A DNA stretch of 64,000 nt from the sequence record MK308675.1, one strand, 5' to 3'. The notes below the pieces were generated by a model, which did not search any database, was not told where the DNA came from, and saw only the letters and a program-made list of their open reading frames with translations. The position numbers and the translations under genes were made by a program. Of the stretch, positions 27,240-37,179 are shown piece after piece; within the stretch, counting starts at the first letter, position 1; each line of letters opens with the position of its first letter.

Positions 27240-29456
27240 ATGTCGTTAATACAAAGCGATGCCCCTTTCTTTATAGATACGCACGCAGACATAGACCCAC
27301 ATAAGTTTCTAAGTACTACGTGTGGCTATGAAGCATGGGAAATCGAATATGCTTGTGAAGCGATTGACTTTATTCTAAACGCACTACCCATGGTGCGCTG
27401 TGAAGAACACAACAACGTTGTCCGCGTCGGTGGATTCTGGGCAAGAGACTTGAACAATGACGTGCGTAAAGAATGGGGTTCTCAAAGAATCAACAACTCT
27501 ATCTTTATAGATTTAAGTGCACGTCAGTTAGTCTTCCATAGTTTCTTCGCAGTAGAAGTTCTTTACATCTTAGAAGTCTTAAAGAAAAGACAAACTAAGA
27601 CGTCCAACTCGGCCATCGAAGAGATGTCCCGAGCCATCTACGAAAACACGTGGATAAAGAAAGCTCAAGAGCGTTCGCCGTTATCTATTAACTGGTCGGC
27701 CATCTCTCGAGACATGAACGTTACTCTGTTGGAATCTCAGCGTAACTTCATTGTTAACTATTCCCGTTACGTTCCTAAGATGAACCTAAACGGGATGATG
27801 TTAGCAGCTCCTCCTGGTACAGGTAAGACAATTGCCGGATTCAGTTTCTCGCTAGCAATGAGTGCTGACATCACCATCTTTGCTGTTCCTAAGAACTCAC
27901 TTACTGAGGTTTGGGAAGAGACAATCAAAACGCGCTTTAAAAAGAAGCAGAAGTATTGGATAAGTACGCGGGGCGATAACCCTACAGGTAAAGAGAAGTA
28001 TATTATCTGTCACTACGAATCCCTACAGAAGCTTGTAGATATTGCTCCGCGTTTAGCAAGTAAGAATGTCGTTATTTGGCTCGATGAGTCCCATAATTTT
28101 AATGAGGAGTCATCTACCCGTACCAATCGCTTTGTTAGTCTTTGTAAACAATCTAGAGCCGAGCATGTAGTCTGGGCATCTGGCACACCTCTAAAAGCTA
28201 TCGGTAAGGAAGCAGTACCTTTCCTTACAACAACTGACCCTCTCTTTACAGAAGCCGTTAGAAAGCCTTTCATAGGTATCTTCGGGTCGACTAAAGCTCG
28301 TGCACTCGACATACTACATAACCGTCTAACTAAGGTTACGTTTAAAGTTGAGAAAGCAACAGTCGTTAATAATGAGAAAGAAGAATACGTCACTCACATT
28401 AAGACGAAAGATTCACACCTTTATACACTAATGCAGGTCCGTCAAGACGTTAAAGCTTTTGTCCAGGAGCGTAACGTCCACTACCAAGCAGAGATGCCTG
28501 AGATTGTAAGACGAACACAAGAACTGCTTAGTAACTTCGAGACTACCCGTAAGACCCAAGAAGAGAAAGTTGCTTACCGCAATTATCGCTTTATGGTCGA
28601 AGAAGTACGTAAGGGTCTCAACATGGAACTACATAAAGACTGGCTCCCGTTGATGAAGCGCTATGAAAAAGAAGAGATAGAACCTACGATGGATATGGCT
28701 ACGAAGAAAGAATTTCGTAAGCTTATCTCTCGCTACAAGTATATCGTTCTTGTTATTCGCGGAGAAGCACTAGGACTAGTAGTTACACGCAAACGAATCG
28801 ATGCAATTAAGTCTTTAGTGGCTGAGTCTCCTTTTGGTAGCATTATTAACCAATCTGAGAAAAAGACGCTTATCTTTACGTCTTATGTGGATGTAGCAAA
28901 CGCAGTAAAAGATAAAGTAAAAGGTCAGGGCTTTGAGCCACTGATGGTCTATGGCAGTACTAACTTGCAGCTAACAGACATAATGACTAAGCTTAAAGAA
29001 GACCCTAAAGCCAACCCGCTTATTGCAACCTACGCTTCTCTTTCTACAGCGGTTCCCGTCATCGAGTGCAACACGGTAGTCCTCTGCGATGAGGCATTCC
29101 GCGTACACATTCGCAAACAGGCCATTTCGCGTGTCGACCGTTTAGGTCAAGATGCCAAAGTTCACGTAGTCTCGCTTCTTTTAGATACGAGACCGGACGA
29201 TAACATCACTACTCGCTCTTTAGACATCATGAAGTGGTCTAAGGAAATGGTAGACCAAATGTTAGGTGTCGATAGTGAAGACGAAGTAGAAATTGCTATG
29301 GAAAGTTGCTACGACCTCTTAGAACAGACCGAAGAATGGGAAGAAGTTCCTAGCATTGAAGGCTACCGTGTAGAAGCGGAACCTATTCCTGAGAAAGTAG
29401 TTAACTACTCTTGCATATTTGATATTCCTCGTCGTTACTTCCAAGAAGCAGCATAA
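27240..29456 (+). CDS. SF2 (SNF2/DExH-like) helicase, phiKZ gp203-like, probably virion-packaged
   Basis: Walker A APPGTGKT, DESH, ASGT, QAISRVDRLGQ; late motif at 27192. Confidence 0.85.
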   Translation: MSLIQSDAPFFIDTHADIDPHKFLSTTCGYEAWEIEYACEAIDFILNALPMVRCEEHNNVVRVGGFWARDLNNDVRKEWGSQRINNSIFIDLSARQLVFHSFFAVEVLYILEVLKKRQTKTSNSAIEEMSRAIYENTWIKKAQERSPLSINWSAISRDMNVTLLESQRNFIVNYSRYVPKMNLNGMMLAAPPGTGKTIAGFSFSLAMSADITIFAVPKNSLTEVWEETIKTRFKKKQKYWISTRGDNPTGKEKYIICHYESLQKLVDIAPRLASKNVVIWLDESHNFNEESSTRTNRFVSLCKQSRAEHVVWASGTPLKAIGKEAVPFLTTTDPLFTEAVRKPFIGIFGSTKARALDILHNRLTKVTFKVEKATVVNNEKEEYVTHIKTKDSHLYTLMQVRQDVKAFVQERNVHYQAEMPEIVRRTQELLSNFETTRKTQEEKVAYRNYRFMVEEVRKGLNMELHKDWLPLMKRYEKEEIEPTMDMATKKEFRKLISRYKYIVLVIRGEALGLVVTRKRIDAIKSLVAESPFGSIINQSEKKTLIFTSYVDVANAVKDKVKGQGFEPLMVYGSTNLQLTDIMTKLKEDPKANPLIATYASLSTAVPVIECNTVVLCDEAFRVHIRKQAISRVDRLGQDAKVHVVSLLLDTRPDDNITTRSLDIMKWSKEMVDQMLGVDSEDEVEIAMESCYDLLEQTEEWEEVPSIEGYRVEAEPIPEKVVNYSCIFDIPRRYFQEAA

Positions 29457-29520
29457 AGATAACCTCTTCTATCGAAAGATAGAAGAGGAATCTTATGAAC
29501 CACACTTTAAGGAACTAACA

Positions 29521-30222
29521 ATGGCTAAGAAACTATGGCCTATTGAGTTCGGACCTTTCTATACACCAGAGCAATTAGCTTCCATGGGCACCTTCGAAGG
29601 CAGGTACTGGGAATCGGTTGCTAAGTCAGGTAAGAAACCAATAGGTAACATGAAAAGTTGGAAGTCTTTTGAGAACGTCGTATCTTTTTCAAAGGAAGAA
29701 AGAGACCCTAAAAAGTTTAATAAGTTCGGTGTTAAGTCTCGTTCTGATTTAAGCGATTGGCGCTCTAAAGGCTGGCTGACTAAAAACTCTCCTTTTGGTC
29801 ACTACCAATGGTACATTCACTTCTTCTTTGGTCGTCGAGAAATCGAACACAAAGGTAAATCGGAAGACGAATGGCAGATTGGAAGATGGCGCTCTTATAT
29901 TGCGCGACATATGGGCGGTATAAAGGCAAGAGGTGGAGCTACCGACAAACAGAAGCAAGGCATGTTGCAGTGGTACTGGAACTATGAACATTCCTTTAAC
30001 GAGAAGAGAATCGAAACCAACGCTAAGAAGATGGCTCGGGCCACCAAGTCAGAAATCTGCACGATGGACGAGTTCTTAATTGAATATGGCTTTAAGAAAC
30101 CGCCTAAAGAGAAAGAAGAAGTTTCTCAGGAGTCCCTAATCGTTACGACTAATCCTTGGGAAGAGTCTCGAGAAGAAGTTAAGATTATTACACCTGAAAC
30201 TCACCCTAGTTTCTTTTACTAA
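29521..30222 (+). CDS. Conserved uncharacterised protein of a jumbo-phage/giant-virus family
   Basis: F.P.YTP.....G.F.G.Y...NKFGVK...W..KGW...P.G..QWY..FF.GRR...D..QI.RW. Confidence 0.6.
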   Translation: MAKKLWPIEFGPFYTPEQLASMGTFEGRYWESVAKSGKKPIGNMKSWKSFENVVSFSKEERDPKKFNKFGVKSRSDLSDWRSKGWLTKNSPFGHYQWYIHFFFGRREIEHKGKSEDEWQIGRWRSYIARHMGGIKARGGATDKQKQGMLQWYWNYEHSFNEKRIETNAKKMARATKSEICTMDEFLIEYGFKKPPKEKEEVSQESLIVTTNPWEESREEVKIITPETHPSFFY

Positions 30223-30231
30223 AGATATGAT

Positions 30232-30263
30232 GTCCTCTCTGTCTCCTAGGAGACAGAGAGGAC
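30232..30263. terminator. Bidirectional terminator (near-perfect palindrome)
   Basis: 15-bp stem around TA between convergent genes. Confidence 0.8.
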
Positions 30264-30267
30264 TTTA

Positions 30268-30774
30268 TTAGTCCAGTTTAGGTAAATTGTAGATAGCCGA
30301 GAATCGATTAGTTGTAGCGTATTTGTATACTTCTGAAATGGGCTTACCTGAAGGCTTATCGTCGTCGGTGTAAAGTAAATCCATGATAACTATGGTCTTA
30401 GCGTAGGATTTACGTAGCTCTTCAATTTGACGAACATATTCCAATTCAACGGTTTTCTCATACGAATCTTTAGAATGTACTAACTGTTCTACATCGGTCA
30501 TGTCGCCTTCTTTACCTTTAGCAAAGACTTTAAATGGAGACTTGTCGTATGACGTAGCAATTAAGATACGTTTGTCCTTTTCGTAAAGTCCTAGAGCAGT
30601 GGCGATAAAGGTATAGATTTCATCCGCTACAGCTTTATTCCAAGTACCGACGCCAATGACAATAACTTCTCGCTTTTCGAAGGTTTCTTGTGCGCCCGCC
30701 AATGTTTCGCGGATTTTATTCATGGCCGTAACTTCTTTTAAAGAGGCATCCATGATTGGATTGGTTCTTAACAT
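30268..30774 (-). CDS. Hypothetical protein
   Basis: Start re-called after SD AGGAG. Confidence 0.7.
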   Translation of the reverse strand: MLRTNPIMDASLKEVTAMNKIRETLAGAQETFEKREVIVIGVGTWNKAVADEIYTFIATALGLYEKDKRILIATSYDKSPFKVFAKGKEGDMTDVEQLVHSKDSYEKTVELEYVRQIEELRKSYAKTIVIMDLLYTDDDKPSGKPISEVYKYATTNRFSAIYNLPKLD

Positions 30775-30825
30775 TACTATTCTCCTGTTTGTTCTACATG
30801 ATTTCACAGTGAAGTTATAAGGAAT

Positions 30826-30852
30826 CTGTCTCTCCTTAAAAAGGAGAGACAG
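30826..30852. terminator. Terminator
   Basis: Perfect 12-bp stem. Confidence 0.7.
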
Positions 30853-30856
30853 GATA

Positions 30857-32266
30857 TTAAGCTACACCATACTTACGCAAGAATAAGCCAAGCTCATTAT
30901 TTAAACGAATGACGTATTTCTCATTGGTATCTTCATGAACTACAACTGGGAGACCAATATGGATTTTCCAAGTAGCCCCAGTGTTACCGACTGCCCAAGT
31001 AGTATTAGCGGCAATTGCACCGTTCGCTTCAAAGACTTGTCCTTGGTAAACAACTAGGTCGCCAGCAGCATAGGCTTCAGACGCAACATAATCCGGAACT
31101 GGTTTACCCCACGTCGCATTGCCACGCAGAACCTTACCTCGGTCGCTAGAAGTAGGTGCAGGTACGCTGCCTGAAGAACCACCATGGGAAGCTGTTGCTC
31201 CTTTCATAATGTTTCGTGCAGCAATAAGCGTAGAACCAATTAGCTTAATAGGTCCTACGTACCAGTTAGAGGTGTTCGAGGTTGTTGCTGTTTGGAAAGG
31301 CGTTGAAGTATTAGCTGCGTGTGAACCTATGCAGACTGCGAAGTACTCGGCATCGTCACTAATTACAACATCGTTAGCATTGTAAGCAATGCTATCACGC
31401 CACAGGCCTCTAAATCCAGTTACGTCTTCGCCACTGACGATTGGTTTCCAGGTGTCGCCTGTCGTTCCTGGCATAAACGTGGACCGCGATGTCGCGCCAT
31501 TAGCTTTCCATTGAATTCCTTTATGGAATGTCAGTGCGTCAGCAGGGTAAGCTTTACTGCCCGTCCAGCCTTCAATGACTGCTCCCCATTCGCCGTCAGA
31601 CTTTAGAGCTAAGTTAGGGTCAGCCGGTAACTTAGGTACAAGCCCTGGCTTAATAACGGTTGCTTTAGAGCCATTAGGGTCGAATTGTTGGTCAGGCCAT
31701 GCTTGGAAGTATGCGCGCCATTTATCCGTGTCTGTCGCACCTGGGTTATAAACAGCATCGTTAAAGTTTGTTGCTGAGGATGACGTATGGTCCGTCGTAC
31801 AGATTAGGAAAAGGCCATTGCCTGCGTAAATGTAATCGCCTAACTTATAGTTAAAAGACGATTGCCAGCTACCTTTAAAGTTTTCTTCATCCGATGCGTC
31901 TAGTGCAAAGCGAATAGGTGTCCAGCGTGAAGTCTCGGTACCAATTAACGGATTAGGTAAAGGCCCATTTGCTCCGTTAGCTTTTAGATAGATGTTGCCA
32001 AAGCGAATTAAATCGCCTTTAGCGTAAACGCGAGTGCTGTCGTGCGGCGCGATGTTCAAGTCGCCTAATTCTGGTGAAATCCAGTATTGGTCAGTGTATC
32101 CCGTAATAGGAATGCGGTAAGTTGTCTCTGGTAAACTATCAGCCAAAGTAGCGGCTTTGTACATCAATCCCGTTTCATGACAAAAAACGATGCCTGGAGT
32201 TGGATGATGCGCCTTCATTTGCGCGATAGTATCTTTCATTAGACCGTTTATGGTAGAAACGTTCAT
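30857..32266 (-). CDS. Putative virion fibre with about five CBM5/12 (chitin-binding type 3)-like repeats
   Basis: Repeats W/Y....Y..GD.V...G..Y/W.A: VYAKGDLIRFGNIYLKA, NYKLGDYIYAGNGLFLIC, AYPADALTFHKGIQWKA, AYNANDVVISDDAEYF, AYAAGDLVVYQGQVFEA. Confidence 0.65.
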   Translation of the reverse strand: MNVSTINGLMKDTIAQMKAHHPTPGIVFCHETGLMYKAATLADSLPETTYRIPITGYTDQYWISPELGDLNIAPHDSTRVYAKGDLIRFGNIYLKANGANGPLPNPLIGTETSRWTPIRFALDASDEENFKGSWQSSFNYKLGDYIYAGNGLFLICTTDHTSSSATNFNDAVYNPGATDTDKWRAYFQAWPDQQFDPNGSKATVIKPGLVPKLPADPNLALKSDGEWGAVIEGWTGSKAYPADALTFHKGIQWKANGATSRSTFMPGTTGDTWKPIVSGEDVTGFRGLWRDSIAYNANDVVISDDAEYFAVCIGSHAANTSTPFQTATTSNTSNWYVGPIKLIGSTLIAARNIMKGATASHGGSSGSVPAPTSSDRGKVLRGNATWGKPVPDYVASEAYAAGDLVVYQGQVFEANGAIAANTTWAVGNTGATWKIHIGLPVVVHEDTNEKYVIRLNNELGLFLRKYGVA

Positions 32267-32427
32267 AGTTAAAAAATCCTTATAAGTGCACTATAGGGGT
32301 CATTAAATTAGTCCGCTCTAAATAAACTCGTTTATTTAATGGCGACAAATCTTCTAGAGTATGACCAACATTTATATAACAAAAAACATACCTTTTCACC
32401 ACACCTTTCCTGTAAGGGGAATAAAAG

Positions 32428-33474
32428 ATGACAAGTAAAAAAGTAAGAAGCATGGCTTGGTTCCGTGATTACTTTTCAGATGCTAATTCTGGAGTAGAGA
32501 ATGGGATACCTGACGGTTTCGAAATCACAAGTGAAAACGGTGCATTTACCATCGTTAAAATTGTAGGCGAGGACAGACACGTTCTTGGCTCCATGGGTAT
32601 GGAAGAAAGCTTCTTCCGAGACTCCATACGTACGGGTTCTTCTTCCGTACAAGTAGGTGGTCGACACTCCATGGGGTCGGCAGGTGAAAATGCCGGCTTC
32701 ATTAATCTACATACAAACATTTTTTACCATCCGGGATTATGGCACGGAATAGGCATCGATGGAGAAGACGACTATTTAGAAACCACTCGACATCTAGAAA
32801 AACTAGAAGAAGTGCAAACGGACGCGGGCGGCTACGGTAGTCTCTTTATCGATTACAACTTTTTAGCTAATCCGTTCTCTTTTAATTTCTGTCTTCATCG
32901 CGTCAAGTTTTGGCCTGAGGCGTACCGCGGTCGCATTGTTTGGGAAACCATAATGGATGGCGGTGAGGTATCGAAGGCTTATGCAGACATTGATACTGAT
33001 GGAAACACAGAATATGTCTTGCAGTTACCGTATCCGATTTTTGTCCCCAAAGGTAAAGCGGTTATTTATCGTGTAACAAAAGAAAACGGCGCATATCTAA
33101 GAATAAAGAACGGGGATACTGACCCAGCCGTAGGTATGCGTACTGGCTATCTAAGACGATACGATGACTACCAGGCGATTAATGGCTATTGTTTTATAAC
33201 TGCTTCTGGAGATTATCTCCATAATGCACATCACTTGGTAGATGCTTCGGGCGGTGCCATTGTTGTCGACGTTGAAGACAATAAACATTTAGCGGCGTTC
33301 TCAATTAGGGACGCTAACGGCACCATAGGCGGTGCCAACACTTTAGAAATACAGTTCGGCGGACAAGGTTCTGTTAACATTGTTAACCCTAATCACTATT
33401 ATACTTTTGTTAAGGATAAAGCAGGCGAGTGGTGGGCACTCAATGAAATTACCGGAGTCAACCGAAAAGTTTAA
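32428..33474 (+). CDS. Putative tail/baseplate fibre-associated protein
   Basis: C-terminal LVDASGGAIVVDV...IRDANG...NTLEI...GEWW resembles the T4 gp9/gp10-like module; late motif at 32348. Confidence 0.5.
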   Translation: MTSKKVRSMAWFRDYFSDANSGVENGIPDGFEITSENGAFTIVKIVGEDRHVLGSMGMEESFFRDSIRTGSSSVQVGGRHSMGSAGENAGFINLHTNIFYHPGLWHGIGIDGEDDYLETTRHLEKLEEVQTDAGGYGSLFIDYNFLANPFSFNFCLHRVKFWPEAYRGRIVWETIMDGGEVSKAYADIDTDGNTEYVLQLPYPIFVPKGKAVIYRVTKENGAYLRIKNGDTDPAVGMRTGYLRRYDDYQAINGYCFITASGDYLHNAHHLVDASGGAIVVDVEDNKHLAAFSIRDANGTIGGANTLEIQFGGQGSVNIVNPNHYYTFVKDKAGEWWALNEITGVNRKV

Positions 33475-33497
33475 CCCTGTAAAAACGGAGTCGGTCC

Positions 33498-34421
33498 ATG
33501 ACAGACACTATTATTATTACCTTAGGGGCTGATGTAAAAGCAGCCCAAGATACTGTAGGCGATGCGGACAGTGGACTGGTAAAGCAAGTTAATGACCTTT
33601 CCGGTCAATCCACTTCTTTTCTCGTTGACCGAAGTGACAGCAGTCAAAATTTGGACACTTACCTTTCCCCAGGACGGTTTTATTTAAGTGCCGTCGATGA
33701 CGCCCCATCCGCACTAGACGGTATATCGGAGTTTATTCTTAGCGTTAAGTCTGGACCTGTCGATGAAGACCATTATGTCGTTCAAGAAATTTCAGGTCTT
33801 AACAATTCGGACAATGCGCCAAAGCTCACCAGAACTATTTTTGTAAATGCCGATGGCAGTTTAGGCCTAATCGGCTCATGGCGAGGCGTAGGCACAACCG
33901 TCGACATGGAAACTGCCATTGCTAGCCTAGATATTAAAACGCGTTATCCCGAAGTTACTGTCGGCAAACAATGGTCTTCTACTGAAACAGACGACTATGC
34001 AGATATTTTAGTGGGCCAAGAACTTTCCCCTAATTATACCGGCATTACTTTTGATTTGGAACTACGTACTCGTTTAAACGGCGGAGATTATCAGTGGGCT
34101 CTTTATGCTACTCCGTCGGGTGGGTCGGTTAACACAACATGTTGGTTTGCGAGAACCAGTGACCTGGGCACAGGTGGCGGTACACAGCGCGAAGCTATGA
34201 CTAGCTATGTTAAGTTCAACCGTAACCAAAACTCGCGAGTGGCTGTAACGGGCTGGCAAGATATCGACAACCCTACAATCTTTACCTTAGTAGTTTCTCG
34301 CCACGGTAGTACCGACCCTGACGCTACGATTATTAAGGGTGAGTACATGTTTAACGATTCGGACTACGGAATACTTAACTTCCGTGTTGTGGGCGTTAAT
34401 GAAAACAACATAACGATATAA
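33498..34421 (+). CDS. Tail fibre/receptor-binding paralog 1 (pyocin-knob-like)
   Basis: Shared N-terminus DTI..ADV....VG...SGLV..VN.L; NLDTYLSPGRFY knob-like motif. Confidence 0.6.
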   Translation: MTDTIIITLGADVKAAQDTVGDADSGLVKQVNDLSGQSTSFLVDRSDSSQNLDTYLSPGRFYLSAVDDAPSALDGISEFILSVKSGPVDEDHYVVQEISGLNNSDNAPKLTRTIFVNADGSLGLIGSWRGVGTTVDMETAIASLDIKTRYPEVTVGKQWSSTETDDYADILVGQELSPNYTGITFDLELRTRLNGGDYQWALYATPSGGSVNTTCWFARTSDLGTGGGTQREAMTSYVKFNRNQNSRVAVTGWQDIDNPTIFTLVVSRHGSTDPDATIIKGEYMFNDSDYGILNFRVVGVNENNITI

Positions 34422-34430
34422 GGAAGCATC

Positions 34431-35360
34431 ATGAGTGATACAATCGTCCTAGGACTACAGGCTGACGTAGATGCCCTTAAAACTACCGTAGGTAACAATA
34501 GTTCAGGCTTAGTGCAAGCCGTCAACCAGTTAGAGTCCGAAGGCGGAAGCGAAATTACAGACCGCACTGGCGAAGTAGTAAACTTGAATAACGAGTTAAA
34601 TCCTCAAGTGGCTTGGTTGTCTGAGGTTACTAATCTCCCATCGGATGCCCCTACTACGGGAGCGCTCTATCTCTTGACAATAGAGGGCGTTCGAGACCAA
34701 GCCGAACAAACCGTGAAACAAACGGTTTCGCTCTTCATGCCAGGCAATGATTTCCCAGAAGGTCAATGGTCACGTCATGTCTACTTTAGTGGAAATGCCG
34801 TGAGTGGACGTTCTGATTGGCGAACGGACCTTTTCACTGGCCCTCAATTGGACCGGTTCAGTATTTACCATGAAGAGATAGCACGATATTCCGGTAGACT
34901 TGTTGCAGCCGGTACTTCATCTGAAAACTTTAATTCTCAGTTTATGGTTCCAGATACTAAAATTGGAAATGACAGTTCGGAGTTTAACATTCGTATTGAC
35001 TCTTTCCTTTCAGGAACAACTCCCGGTATTCGTATCTCGGCCGATAGTGCTAATACATGCAACTATTTCATGGGCTATATGCTGTCTAACGACTACGGTG
35101 CTAATGACACAGTAGAAGAGCAAGCCTCTGAACATTACGGTTCCATGACGCGAAGTCGCGATACGCGAGAATATAAACTAGGCCCACACGCCTCACGTCG
35201 TAGCGTTTACTTTAGAATCGTAATAGGTCGCGGTGGCGGTAACAATAAAGAAAACATGGTTGTCGAAGGCAACGTTACAAGAGGCGAAACAGACAACGAA
35301 GTTGTCTGGGCTTGTCGTGTGGTTTCCAATAGCAAAAATAACGAGGTAGTCGATGTCTAG
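34431..35360 (+). CDS. Tail fibre/receptor-binding paralog 2
   Basis: Same N-terminal motif; NLNNELNPQVAW..VTNLP. Confidence 0.6.
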   Translation: MSDTIVLGLQADVDALKTTVGNNSSGLVQAVNQLESEGGSEITDRTGEVVNLNNELNPQVAWLSEVTNLPSDAPTTGALYLLTIEGVRDQAEQTVKQTVSLFMPGNDFPEGQWSRHVYFSGNAVSGRSDWRTDLFTGPQLDRFSIYHEEIARYSGRLVAAGTSSENFNSQFMVPDTKIGNDSSEFNIRIDSFLSGTTPGIRISADSANTCNYFMGYMLSNDYGANDTVEEQASEHYGSMTRSRDTREYKLGPHASRRSVYFRIVIGRGGGNNKENMVVEGNVTRGETDNEVVWACRVVSNSKNNEVVDV

Positions 35361-36303
35361 TCCAGATACAATCGTCATAAGTACCAAGTCTGACTTTGAT
35401 GAGGTAAATACCGACATAGGTGATGCGGCAGCCGGATTAGTTAAAAGAGTCAACGACTTAGAGCTTTCTGGTGGCAATAAGCCTTATGAGAAACTTACAT
35501 CGAGTTTAGATTTAAACTCGCTACAGGAAGACGGCGGATATTTTGCTACGGCCGTGACGAACGGTCCTCCGATGACAGCATTTGAAAACACGCACTATCC
35601 AAACTTTATGATTGAAGTGTCGTCTACCGCATCAAGCGGTGCGCGCATCATGAAAAAGAAACTCTATTGGATATCTGTTAACGGTTTTCAGGTTATATGG
35701 CAAAGAACTTATTCAGTGGCAGCAGATGACACCGTTACGGCGGACGATGACTGGGAAGAAATAATACAGTCTCAATATTCTGGTTTACCGCGCGGAAAAG
35801 AATATGAGCTCGATAAGATGGAAAGTGGTGGCATCATAACTTTCACTACCAGCGATAACTTAGAAAGAACCGGATGGCTCTTAAGGAACTTTAGTTCAGC
35901 CATTACCGCTAACAGCGTACCTGCCTTAAGTATCCGAGTTAGATATCGTTATAACTCCGATAACCAGAGACAATATAAACTGGAACTGGTTACAGTGGCC
36001 GATTGGCTGGTTGCCTCAGCGTCTCTTTCTATAGGAGAAGCTACATCAACGGGTTCCGGCTCACATACCGAATTCTGCGATGAGTCATCTAGCATTGTAC
36101 GTAACAACAATGAAATGGTTCTTTTCGACTGGATGGATTCACGTCGTGCAGTACACGGGACCATTATGGTTGTTAACAACATCATTTCTGTTCCTACATC
36201 TGTGACGTTAGAACTCACTACATACATTATCGACACCAACCGGGTGGCGTTACATGTTCGTGAAGTTTCAGCAGACCAAGCCGAACTAAGTTACCTACCA
36301 TAA
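35353..36303 (+). CDS. Tail fibre/receptor-binding paralog 3
   Basis: Same N-terminal motif; DLNSLQEDGGYF...NGP knob-like motif. Confidence 0.6.
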   Translation: MSSPDTIVISTKSDFDEVNTDIGDAAAGLVKRVNDLELSGGNKPYEKLTSSLDLNSLQEDGGYFATAVTNGPPMTAFENTHYPNFMIEVSSTASSGARIMKKKLYWISVNGFQVIWQRTYSVAADDTVTADDDWEEIIQSQYSGLPRGKEYELDKMESGGIITFTTSDNLERTGWLLRNFSSAITANSVPALSIRVRYRYNSDNQRQYKLELVTVADWLVASASLSIGEATSTGSGSHTEFCDESSSIVRNNNEMVLFDWMDSRRAVHGTIMVVNNIISVPTSVTLELTTYIIDTNRVALHVREVSADQAELSYLP

Positions 36304-36310
36304 ATAAAAA

Positions 36311-36352
36311 TAGTATCTCTCTGTTTCGGTAGAGAGATACTAATCTTTTTTA
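36311..36352 (+). terminator. Intrinsic terminator
   Basis: 12-bp stem followed by a T-tract. Confidence 0.8.
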
Positions 36353-36447
36353 ACAGGTGCCTTTAATAAGAGACAAATCTTTTAGAGAGAACTCTCTCCA
36401 ACAAACCACCACACACGTCTTTAAGACAATATAAGGGAAGCTTAATT

Positions 36448-36969
36448 ATGGGTTTCACAACAGTTTCTAATACTGCCTTTTTCGGAGGAGGCGGTGGTCC
36501 TGGCGGCGATGATGCGGGCTATTCGCGTGTTTCATATTCGGCCGATGCGCGAGATATTAGCGCAGATACTTGGACCGGTCTTTTTCCCGGAGGCACGGTG
36601 CTCTCCAATGAAAGAGGCATGCCGGCAGGCGTCTCCGGTATAATCAACCCTAGCGGCATCAATCCGGGAACATTATCCGTAGATGACGTAATGGATTTTG
36701 AAGTTAACTTCTCTGTTACGCCAGAAATAAATAACTGCGATGTAAAAGTCCGCCTCACTTTCACCCGAGGTGGCGAAACCATAACCTTCGAAGAAGACTT
36801 AGAAAAACTAAGCAAAGGTGCTGGTGAAGAATATTCATTAAAAGCCGGATGGACGCTTCCGTTTGAAGACAGCGACATGATAGGCAATCCAGTTAGTGTT
36901 GAAGTTTTAACTTCGGCGCCATGCGCATTAAAAACAAAAACTTGCGTGGCGTACCTAACAAGAACATAA
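36448..36969 (+). CDS. Putative virion accessory beta-sandwich protein
   Basis: 173 aa, Gly linker, late-type motif at 36376. Confidence 0.55.
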   Translation: MGFTTVSNTAFFGGGGGPGGDDAGYSRVSYSADARDISADTWTGLFPGGTVLSNERGMPAGVSGIINPSGINPGTLSVDDVMDFEVNFSVTPEINNCDVKVRLTFTRGGETITFEEDLEKLSKGAGEEYSLKAGWTLPFEDSDMIGNPVSVEVLTSAPCALKTKTCVAYLTRT

Positions 36970-37179
36970 CCACAAAACATTTAAAAACATCTCCTGGGAT
37001 TTCTTTTTTCATTCCTTTTAGGTTACGACTTTCTAGTAACCAACAATTCTTTTATACTATAACCCTTTTCCTTTTTTCCTGTGAGAAGTGCTATACGTTT
37101 TTCCCTAACTATACCACTATTGCGCTCTTATTGATAAATGATAAGATTCTTCAAACCTTTCTCTGTCGAGGGGCAAAGA

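Noticed and set aside
33498-36303. Diversity-generating retroelement or shufflon acting on the fibre paralogs
   Set aside because: No reverse transcriptase or invertase, and no near-identical nucleotide repeats
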